Assembly: GCA_964595645.1 (NCBI GenBank)
Contig: CAZQQT010000002.1
Span: 8,703-40,702 of the forward strand
DNA: 32,000 nucleotides
Direction: 5' to 3'
Origin: an uncultured Thermococci archaeon
GTDB lineage: Archaea; Methanobacteriota_B; Thermococci; Methanofastidiosales; B48-G16
The notes under the pieces were generated by a model, which was given only the letters and a program-made list of their open reading frames with translations, did no database searches and was not told the origin of the DNA. Below are positions 25,143-32,000 of this stretch, piece after piece; within the stretch, counting starts at the first letter, position 1, and each line of letters starts with the position of its first letter. Made by a program: the position numbers and the translations under genes.

Positions 25143-25574
25143 TTAGTTTGCGTTGTCCAAGTTCTCAAGCACCCTCTCTAGATAGCCTCTGAACTGTGCT
25201 TTTTCATCTTCATCAAACCCCCTCATCATCACTTTTTCAGCTCTTTCATCTATCTCCTCGATGATTTCTTCGATCTCCTTCTCTTTTTCAGTGAGGTATA
25301 TTCTCGTCACTCTCCTATCTTCTCGATCTTTTTCTTTCCTTACGTAACCCTTCTCGACCAGACTGTTGATTACCTTCGAGGTAGTTGATTTGGAGATGAA
25401 TAACATCTCACATATCTCTTTCTGGGTCACGCCATCACCCTTCTTGATCAACTTGAAGAGGAGGGGGAACTCGCCGCGATTGAAGTCGTAAGGCCTCAAC
25501 TTCTCTTTGATAAACTTTATAAGTTTCTTGTGGGCAATCTGATACAATTTGTGTATGGTCTCTTTTTCACCCAT
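25143..25574 (-). CDS. MarR-family transcriptional regulator
   Basis: The winged-HTH region is VTQKEICEMLFISKSTTSKVINSLVEKGYVRKEKDREDRRVTRIYLT. The gene lies 36 nt downstream of the MATE gene on the same strand and has a GAGGG SD. Confidence 0.85.
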   Translation of the reverse strand: MGEKETIHKLYQIAHKKLIKFIKEKLRPYDFNRGEFPLLFKLIKKGDGVTQKEICEMLFISKSTTSKVINSLVEKGYVRKEKDREDRRVTRIYLTEKEKEIEEIIEEIDERAEKVMMRGFDEDEKAQFRGYLERVLENLDNAN

Positions 25575-25610
25575 GGTATTCCCTCACTACATAGTATGTA
25601 TACCTATCTA

Positions 25611-27068
25611 TTACTTAGTAACGGGCACTTTCGCCTTTTGTTCTATCACCTTTTCTTTCCACGACCCTAGTGAATATACGAATAGTGCGATACCAGCTGC
25701 GATTACATTACTCAGTGCCATTCCCAGCCATACACCCGTTGCGTTCATCTGGAGGTATATGGCAAATATGAAGATCAAGGGGAGTCTGATACCCCAGAGT
25801 CGACTAAGACTCAACGCCATCTGCTGCCGTGTATGTCCAGACCCTCCCAAGATAGAGGTGACACCTCTAAATATGCCGAAGAAGGGCATGGACAGAGCGA
25901 AGATGGTGAGGAAGGTGGCTCCTGCATCGATCACTTCCGTATTCCCCGGCATAAAAAGGCCGATGAGCACATTTCTCAACAGGAAGAGACCGATGGCAAA
26001 AACACCCATGAGTAGGGTGATAGATAAGAGGCCTTTCTTCGTGACGTCTACCGCTCTTTCTTTGTCATCGGCTCCTAAACTTTGACCCACCATAGTACTC
26101 ATCGCCATGGCTAGCCCCCCCATTACTAAAAAGGTGATATTCAAAATTCTGTTGCCAACGCTGTAGGCTCCACCTGCAACCTCTGGATTTGGTAACCTGT
26201 ATATTATTGCCCATAGGATTATGAATCCTATCGAACTGCCAAAGCGTCCAGCTGATGCGGGGATACCAATATTAAGGAATTTCTTGATCTTGGATATATC
26301 TGGTTTCAGATATGACAAATCCACACTTATACCTAGTTTTCCATTGAACAGCAGGTACAGTCCATATATGGTCCCTACTCCCCGGGTCGTTACCGTTGCG
26401 ATTGCAGCACCTCGTATACCGAGCATTGGAAACGGCCCCATACCGAAGATGAGGATCGGGTCAACTATCATATTTAATATGACAGAGATGGCGGTGATCT
26501 TCATTGGAGTGATGGTATCTCCCCAGCCCCTCAATACGAAGATGAACGCGAAGAACAGGAACATGAATGGAAGACCTAGAAAGATGATCTGGAGGTACAT
26601 CGTTCCGTAATGTGCCAGTTCCTGGCCAGATTGACCAGATCCAGTGAGCAAATTAAGGAAATGGGGGGTCATGAAATATCCTATAATGCCGACTGTCACC
26701 GAAAAAATAGTAGAGATAATCAATAACTGTCCGGCATCCCTTTCCGCTTCTTCGTAGTTCTTAGAGCCGGTATGTTGGGAGACAAGTGCGAGAGCTGCCA
26801 CACCAAACCCTATCCCGATAGAGAGCATCATGAAAACGACGGTCCATGCTTGTCCTACTGCGGTCACAGATAACCGAGCAACATCCCTATCCGGGATATG
26901 ACCGAGCCAAAACGTATCTACAAGATTGTATAAGGTTCTCAACAGTGTGGCTATCATTATAGGCCAACCGAGTTTGAAAAGGATGGAAATGACATTCCCC
27001 TCTATTATCTCATCTTTCTCGGGTCGACCCATTTTTTCTTGTAAATACTCAACCAACTTTACAGCCAT
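25611..27068 (-). CDS. MATE-family efflux transporter
   Basis: The N-terminus is typical of MATE (ILFKLGWPIMIATLLRTLYNLVDTFWLG), with 12 TM-like segments. I set the start at MAVKLVEY (ATG 27068), about 25 nt downstream of a TTTAATAAA box on the minus strand. An alternative start is the ATG at 27032. The ORF-track N-terminal extension to 27224 is unlikely. Confidence 0.85.
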   Translation of the reverse strand: MAVKLVEYLQEKMGRPEKDEIIEGNVISILFKLGWPIMIATLLRTLYNLVDTFWLGHIPDRDVARLSVTAVGQAWTVVFMMLSIGIGFGVAALALVSQHTGSKNYEEAERDAGQLLIISTIFSVTVGIIGYFMTPHFLNLLTGSGQSGQELAHYGTMYLQIIFLGLPFMFLFFAFIFVLRGWGDTITPMKITAISVILNMIVDPILIFGMGPFPMLGIRGAAIATVTTRGVGTIYGLYLLFNGKLGISVDLSYLKPDISKIKKFLNIGIPASAGRFGSSIGFIILWAIIYRLPNPEVAGGAYSVGNRILNITFLVMGGLAMAMSTMVGQSLGADDKERAVDVTKKGLLSITLLMGVFAIGLFLLRNVLIGLFMPGNTEVIDAGATFLTIFALSMPFFGIFRGVTSILGGSGHTRQQMALSLSRLWGIRLPLIFIFAIYLQMNATGVWLGMALSNVIAAGIALFVYSLGSWKEKVIEQKAKVPVTK

Positions 27069-27072
27069 TAGT

Positions 27073-27112
27073 AGTTTCAAATGAAACTTTATTAAATAGT
27101 TTCGGGTGAAAC
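27073..27112. promoter_or_regulatory. Two related inverted repeats flanking the MATE TATA box: candidate MarR operators
   Basis: The repeats are AGTTTCA-AA-TGAAACT (27073-27088) and GTTTC-GGGT-GAAAC (27099-27112). Both were read directly from the sequence. Their position over the promoter of the MATE-MarR operon suggests an operator role. Confidence 0.4.
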
Positions 27113-27242
27113 AAATTGGTATTATCCCGAAGAAAAACAGATACTTTTTAAGAGAGGGCAGGTCACACACATACGAGGAGAAGCGATGACCATTCATAGT
27201 ACTTTTTATACTCTTTCTCCGCATACTCTATCTGGTGTTACG

Positions 27243-28316
27243 ATGAAGACTCCAGAAGTAGGTATTACGATAGGGGCGTTTGATCATGGAGAGAGAAATA
27301 CCATCGCCGATGTTGCAGGGGTCAGAATTGGCCATGTCACATGCATAGAAGGCACAGGAAAACTTAATCCTGGAAAAGGACCTGTGAGGACAGGAGTAAC
27401 TGCAGTGCTTCCCCACCGTGGCAACATCTTTAAAGAAAAGCTCCTCGCCAATGCGCACGTAATAAATGGATACGCTAAACCCATAGGACTAATCCAGCTC
27501 TGGGAACACGGTGTGATAGAAACGCCAATTATTCTCACCAATACATTGAGTGTCGGGACAGCGGCAGAAGGACTAATTCGGTACATGATTACTCAGAATG
27601 AAGAGATAGGGGCGGAGACGGGAACAGTGAATCCGGTAGTACTGGAGTGTAACGATGCATATCTGAATGATATCCGTGGATTGCATATCACTAAAGACCA
27701 TGTGCGAGAGGCAATAGAACGTGCGAGCAAGGATTTCGATGAAGGAGCAGTAGGCGCAGGGACGGGAATGAGTGCCTTTGAACTCAAGTCCGGGATCGGA
27801 TCCTCCTCACGAATCGTTGAGATTGAGGGTAATAAGTATACCCTCGGTGCACTGGTACTGAGTAACTTTGGAAAACGGGAGGATCTTACCATTGCCGGCG
27901 TGCCTGTGGGGAAAGAGCTCATGCACATTCCTGGGGGAAGTGAAGTGAGCGATGGAAGTATCATTATGATAGTAGCAACGGATGCTCCTCTGAGTGTACG
28001 GCAACTCGGGAGAGTTGCGAAACGATCTACAGCGGGATTGGCGCGCACGGGAGGGCACTCTTCTGATGGGAGCGGTGATATCGCGCTGGTGTTCTCCACA
28101 GCACAGCAAATCCGTTATGAACGAAAAGCACCGTTTACAGTCAACATCCTACCAGATAGTACCCTCACTCCCTTATTCAAAGCGACGACGGATGTTATTG
28201 AGGAGGCGATAGTGAACGCTCTTCTCGAAGCAGAGACTATGGAAGGGAGAGATTCTCATGTGAGGAACGCACTTCCTCTGGAGGAACTGAGAGAGATCCT
28301 GGATTTGAAGAGATAA
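27243..28316 (+). CDS. DmpA/S58-family peptidase (L-aminopeptidase/D-esterase-like)
   Basis: Motifs: NTIADVAGVRIGHVT, GVTAVLP, GAVGAGTGM, IIMIVATDAPL, LARTGGHSSDGSGDIALVFST. I chose the start MKTPEVGITIG (ATG 27243, GGTG SD) by analogy with typical family N-termini. An upstream ATG at 27186 with a GAGGAG SD is a real alternative. Confidence 0.8.
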   Translation: MKTPEVGITIGAFDHGERNTIADVAGVRIGHVTCIEGTGKLNPGKGPVRTGVTAVLPHRGNIFKEKLLANAHVINGYAKPIGLIQLWEHGVIETPIILTNTLSVGTAAEGLIRYMITQNEEIGAETGTVNPVVLECNDAYLNDIRGLHITKDHVREAIERASKDFDEGAVGAGTGMSAFELKSGIGSSSRIVEIEGNKYTLGALVLSNFGKREDLTIAGVPVGKELMHIPGGSEVSDGSIIMIVATDAPLSVRQLGRVAKRSTAGLARTGGHSSDGSGDIALVFSTAQQIRYERKAPFTVNILPDSTLTPLFKATTDVIEEAIVNALLEAETMEGRDSHVRNALPLEELREILDLKR

Positions 28317-28358
28317 AGAACCTCCTACTTTTTTATATCTATGGAGAGACATGTACGT

Positions 28359-29153
28359 ATGAAACTCGCACGGATCGTTCATCAGAGAGAGATAACTGTC
28401 GCTGTTGTAAAGGAAGGAAACGTATACCCAATCGATGTAGAAAGTGTATTGGATACAGCGCATGAAGATTTTGAAAGAGAAGTCTCAGTTGAACCCGATA
28501 AATGGCTTCCACCGGTCAAGCCGAGTAAAATTATCTGTCTCGGATTAAACTATCGGGATCACGCCGAAGAGGTAGGGAAAGAGATACCGGATCATCCAAC
28601 ACTTTTCTCTAAAGCGGTTTCCTCGCTGATAGGGCATAGAGATCCAATCATTCATCCGTTGGGAGATACCCAGGTGGATTATGAGGTCGAGCTTGCCCTT
28701 GTGATTGGAAAAAAAGGAAAGAAGATAGAAAGGGGCAATGCAATGGAGTATATCGGTGGGTACACGATTCTCAACGATGTATCAGAGAGAACAGCGCAGT
28801 TTGAGGATGGACAGTGGTTCCGGGGGAAGAGTTTCGATACGTTCTGTCCTCTGGGTCCGTATCTTGTGACGCCAGATGAACTCCCCGATCCGCACGATCT
28901 GACAGTGGAAACACGGGTTAATGGTGAACTGCGGCAGTCCTCAACAACAAAAAATCTTATCGCCACCATTCCAGAGATTCTTTCCTTCTGTTCGGCGAGC
29001 ATGACATTGTATCCCGGCGATGTCATCGCCACCGGCACACCTGGAGGCGTAGGCGTGTTCTACGATCCGCCTAAACTTCTGAAGCCCGGTGACACAGTGA
29101 CACTGACGATAGAACGGATCGGTACGCTTGAGAACCCTGTCACCGCCGGATGA
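28359..29153 (+). CDS. Fumarylacetoacetate hydrolase (FAH)-family protein
   Basis: Motifs: KIICLGLNYRDHAEE, VDYEVELALVIGKKG, ILNDVSER, WFRGKSFDTFCPLGP, PGDVIATGTPGGVG. The start MKLARIV (ATG 28359) lies about 24 nt downstream of TTTTATAT (28331-28338). An alternative start is the ATG at 28341. Confidence 0.85.
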   Translation: MKLARIVHQREITVAVVKEGNVYPIDVESVLDTAHEDFEREVSVEPDKWLPPVKPSKIICLGLNYRDHAEEVGKEIPDHPTLFSKAVSSLIGHRDPIIHPLGDTQVDYEVELALVIGKKGKKIERGNAMEYIGGYTILNDVSERTAQFEDGQWFRGKSFDTFCPLGPYLVTPDELPDPHDLTVETRVNGELRQSSTTKNLIATIPEILSFCSASMTLYPGDVIATGTPGGVGVFYDPPKLLKPGDTVTLTIERIGTLENPVTAG

Positions 29154-30042
29154 TTACGAGCCCGCTCGCGATGAGGACCAACGCTCCCCCGAAGATTGTG
29201 AGGGTGTCCACATACTCACCAAGAATGAAGTATCCGTAGATGACACCGGATATCGGCTCGATTAACATAATCACTCCTGTAGAGACAACGGACACGTGTT
29301 TTACCGAGGTGTAGAAAAGGATCATCCCTAAAAACATGGGAACAAATGCGAACAGAAGAATAAGTCCCCAGAGTTGTAAGGGAAGCGAAAGGGTGAAACT
29401 CGTGATGATCTCGTTGTTCGTGATACTCCTTGAGAGATACCCGAACAGTACGGTGAATATACTCCTGAAGAGGTAAAACCAGAAAATTGAGATGAGAAAG
29501 TACCGTTTCTGGATAGAGAGTTCCCGTATCATGATGAACTCCACGGAGAGAAGGACACCGCAGATAAGGGAGAGTGAGACACCGACGTAGTTCAACGTGG
29601 AGACATTCCACACCTTGCTAATGAGAACAATCCCGAGAAAGGCGAGCGGCACAGCAATTTTTTTCAACGTGTTGATTCTCTCCGCGAAAAATACCTTTCC
29701 GAAGATGGTGGTCCAGATCGGCTGCGTGTACAGGAGGAGTACTACCACCGCCACCGGTGTCCCGACTGCCACAGCGGAATTCTCAAAGAATCCGAGTGCT
29801 CCCATCACAAGACCGAGAAGGGCGTAGTACCGCAATTCTCGGATATTTATCAAAAAATCCGTTTTTTTGTAGTAGAAAATTATTAAAATATATAACAGGG
29901 CGATAAAACATCGTAAAAATGATTGTTGGAATGAAGATACACCGTGATCCCGTAGCACTGCAGAGAAAGTAGAGATAGTACCAAAACAACATCCAGCGAG
30001 CATAAGAAGGATGTGGTGTTTCAGCGTGTCTGACATAGACAT
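29140..30042 (-). CDS. EamA/DMT-family transporter
   Basis: It has about 10 TM segments in two EamA-like halves. The ATG at 30042 has a GAGGAT SD 6 nt upstream and gives a short N-terminus before TM1. The longest ORF starts at 30123, 7 nt after the cupin stop. The 3' end overlaps the convergent FAH gene by 14 nt. Confidence 0.75.
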   Translation of the reverse strand: MSMSDTLKHHILLMLAGCCFGTISTFSAVLRDHGVSSFQQSFLRCFIALLYILIIFYYKKTDFLINIRELRYYALLGLVMGALGFFENSAVAVGTPVAVVVLLLYTQPIWTTIFGKVFFAERINTLKKIAVPLAFLGIVLISKVWNVSTLNYVGVSLSLICGVLLSVEFIMIRELSIQKRYFLISIFWFYLFRSIFTVLFGYLSRSITNNEIITSFTLSLPLQLWGLILLFAFVPMFLGMILFYTSVKHVSVVSTGVIMLIEPISGVIYGYFILGEYVDTLTIFGGALVLIASGLVIIRR

Positions 30043-30130
30043 GGTAAGATCCTCGTCTTTATATGGATTTGCTAGAGAATTCATAATACTTATAAGACTT
30101 TTAAGAGACGATAGTTTTTTCATTATAAAA

Positions 30131-30469
30131 TTATCTGATCATCGTCAAGAATATCTTGCATCGGGTTACTGCTTCTACTGCATGGGGAACATCAGCAGGC
30201 ATGACGATAGTTTCGGCTTCTTGCAACTCGTATTTTTCACCATCAATTATCACATTTACAATTCCATCGAGGACCTGAAGAATTGCGTTGTGAGGTGTGG
30301 TGTGTTCACTCAGAGTTTGAGTTTCGTCGAATGCGAACACGGTCAGCGTAACCGTATCTTTGTCTACCAGTGTTCTGCTGACGATGGCTCCTTTCTGGTA
30401 GTCTATCAGTTCTTTCAGTTTGAAGACAGAGGTTTGAATTTCATCAAGATGATCTTTATCTTTCTTCAT
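30131..30469 (-). CDS. Cupin-domain protein
   Basis: The cupin_2-like pattern is LSEHTTPHNAILQVLDGIVNVIIDGEKYELQEAETIVMPADVPHAVEA, in a protein of 112 aa. Confidence 0.75.
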   Translation of the reverse strand: MKKDKDHLDEIQTSVFKLKELIDYQKGAIVSRTLVDKDTVTLTVFAFDETQTLSEHTTPHNAILQVLDGIVNVIIDGEKYELQEAETIVMPADVPHAVEAVTRCKIFLTMIR

Positions 30470-30633
30470 CGTACACCACTCTTATGTGGTAGATAAAATG
30501 TTTTTCCGCCCTTTGTCAGTATACTCATTGAGTGGACAACTACAACTAGGCTTCCGCAGATGGGATTTCCTCTCTTGGTTTCCCTCACCTCATGTCTGTT
30601 TCTGGTCATGATACGCATAGATCGAAGGGAAGC

Positions 30634-30642
30634 TTTATAAAA
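30634..30642 (+). promoter_or_regulatory. TATA box (TTTATAAAA) of the TetR operon
   Basis: It is centred about 26 nt upstream of the ATG at 30664 with no SD, which is leaderless geometry. Confidence 0.4.
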
Positions 30643-30645
30643 GTA

Positions 30646-30659
30646 AGTGAACGTTAACT
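30646..30659. promoter_or_regulatory. Near-palindrome AGTGAACGTTAACT between the TATA box and the ATG: candidate TetR operator
   Basis: This is a 14-nt dyad with one mismatched pair, centred on ACGT (the reverse complement is AGTTAACGTTCACT). It lies over the predicted transcription start of the TetR gene. Confidence 0.35.
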
Positions 30660-30663
30660 AACT

Positions 30664-31263
30664 ATGGATAGGAATTGTTCGAGGTTAAACGAGAGGCAAA
30701 AAGGAATCCTCAACGCGTCCTTACAAATACTACAGAATGAAGCGTATACGAACTTGACGATCAGAAACATCAGTGAGAAAATCGGTCTATCTGAAGCAGC
30801 AATCTACAAACATTTTGATAGTAAGGAAGAACTCGTTCGTACTCTCGTGGAATGGATTGTAAAAGAGAATGAGGCATCTCTTAACTTCAGTGAAGAAGCC
30901 AATGAATTCGACATACTGGAAGCGGTCATGAAGAATACATTTACCATACTGGAAGTCCATCCTTCTTTTACCGCGGTCTTGTTCCACGATGAACTCTTTA
31001 GAGAGTACAGCTCAGTAAAAGATCTGTTCGATACTCATCGGAAGAAAAAAGAACAGTTTTTGACAACAATTGTAGAACGAGGAATTAAAAAAGGAATTTT
31101 TTCCAAAGATATAAATCCGCAAGTTTTTGTGTCGCTGTATATGGGCGCGGTACGTATCACAGTGTTAAACTGGAGATACAAGAATTTTTCCTTTTCTTTG
31201 ACAGATCAAGCCGATCCTCTACTACAGGAGTTATTCAAACTTTTAAAGAGAGGTGATAAATAA
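30664..31263 (+). CDS. TetR/AcrR-family transcriptional regulator
   Basis: The N-terminal HTH is TNLTIRNISEKIGLSEAAIYKHFDSKEELV. The protein is 199 aa. Confidence 0.85.
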   Translation: MDRNCSRLNERQKGILNASLQILQNEAYTNLTIRNISEKIGLSEAAIYKHFDSKEELVRTLVEWIVKENEASLNFSEEANEFDILEAVMKNTFTILEVHPSFTAVLFHDELFREYSSVKDLFDTHRKKKEQFLTTIVERGIKKGIFSKDINPQVFVSLYMGAVRITVLNWRYKNFSFSLTDQADPLLQELFKLLKRGDK

Positions 31264-31889
31264 TGAAATCAAAAAAATATCTTCGAATGGGCAGTCAACT
31301 ATTTTTCTTCTCTCTATTTGCTACATTGATATATCTCAATAGACTGCAGTTATGGATACTGGTTTTCATTATTGGGGTGGTGGTATCCATCGGTTTCAGC
31401 AGATTTTATTGTGGCTGGGCATGTCCAATAACCACCCTGTCACGACCATTCATATGGTTAACGGACAAGTTTTCTATCGAGAGAGTGAATGTTCCAAAAA
31501 AATTACAATCAATGAAAATTCGACTAACAATCCTTATTCTGTTTTTGGGACTGATGATTGTTTTGAGAAGGTTAACCATAGACTTTCCAGTACTTCTTCT
31601 CATTGCTCTGATCGGTGTAGCCTTTATGTCGGTGTTCGATGAAGAGCTCTTTCATAAGTATCTCTGTCCTTACGGAGCTATACTGAGTTTTGTCTCTAAA
31701 CGTGCGGTATACAGGCTTGTGATAGATCCTGAAGAATGTGTAGCGTGTGGAAAATGTCAAAGCGTATGTCCAAACAACACGATAGACACATTAAACTCTG
31801 GAAAAAGAAGCATTGTAAAGAAAGAGTGTCTTCATTGCTTTAAATGTCAAGACGTTTGTCCCGTCCAATGCATAGATTATAAAAAGTAA
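31263..31889 (+). CDS. Membrane-bound 4Fe-4S binding protein (NapH/MauN-like)
   Basis: It has TM segments carrying CGWACP and CPYG motifs. The C-terminus has two ferredoxin-type clusters, CVACGKCQSVCP and CLHCFKCQDVCP. The start overlaps the TetR stop as TAATG. Confidence 0.8.
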   Translation: MKSKKYLRMGSQLFFFSLFATLIYLNRLQLWILVFIIGVVVSIGFSRFYCGWACPITTLSRPFIWLTDKFSIERVNVPKKLQSMKIRLTILILFLGLMIVLRRLTIDFPVLLLIALIGVAFMSVFDEELFHKYLCPYGAILSFVSKRAVYRLVIDPEECVACGKCQSVCPNNTIDTLNSGKRSIVKKECLHCFKCQDVCPVQCIDYKK

Positions 31890-31905
31890 AAAAGTTGTTG
31901 TACAA

Positions 31906-32000
31906 CATGCCAAAAACAGCGGTGTTCGACAGGAATGTCAGGAGGTACGATTCGTGGTTTGAGCAGCACCGTGCGGTGTATGAATCGGAGGTACTCGCCG
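31906..32000 (+). CDS. Class I SAM-dependent methyltransferase, N-terminal fragment (continues beyond the window)
   Basis: MPKTAVFDRNVRRYDSWFEQHRAVYESEVLA matches the common N-terminal Y-D-x-W-F...Y-x-S-E pattern of small-molecule methyltransferases. Only 31 codons are visible. Confidence 0.4.

Noticed and set aside
27069-27224. The ORF-track extension of the MATE gene to 27224 (52 extra N-terminal residues)
   Set aside because: It would run through the TATA box, the dyad operators and the divergent DmpA promoter. The extra residues do not resemble MATE N-termini.

Overview
This is a compact archaeal chromosomal window. The archaeal assignment rests on the DNA polymerase D small subunit, Orc1/Cdc6, archaeal-type Pth2, A/V-type ATPase B and D subunits, and TTTATAA-type TATA boxes about 25-30 nt upstream of many ATGs. 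I call about 40 protein genes and 2 tRNAs: Lys-CUU and Val-GAC. I found no rRNA, CRISPR array, integrase, transposase or obvious mobile element.

The clearest non-coding feature is a predicted replication origin at about 9358-9553, immediately upstream of orc1/cdc6. It has two inverted ORB-like elements (TCCAGTrGAAA + GGGGT G-string) flanking a roughly 146-bp AT-rich spacer.

Gene content, left to right:
- Dam-type methyltransferase fragment
- ahcY-mtnP, a small unknown gene, and purB
- minD, an all-coiled-coil protein, and a DUF4388-like protein
- PolD small subunit, orc1, oriC and tRNA-Lys
- two membrane-anchored unknowns (one multi-OB-like) and pth2
- a YkgJ-type Cys-cluster protein and prs
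- atpD-atpB, with no atpA upstream
- a PiT-like transporter with degenerate signatures, plus an unknown partner
- ABC ATPase, a large permease and a V4R protein
- a sucrose-phosphate-synthase-like GT4 plus an S6PP-type phosphatase
- a GT-C-like membrane protein, a membrane protein, FKBP and tRNA-Val
- MarR, MATE, a DmpA peptidase and an FAH-family hydrolase
- EamA, cupin, TetR, a membrane 4Fe-4S protein and a methyltransferase fragment

I see no clear-cut novel system. The most system-like unexplained content is the origin-proximal MinD / coiled-coil / DUF4388-like cluster. Secondary candidates are the SPS/SPP-like sugar-phosphate pair, the degenerate PiT module and the membrane-anchored multi-OB protein coupled to pth2.

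All functional calls come from motif recognition by eye. No database searches were run.
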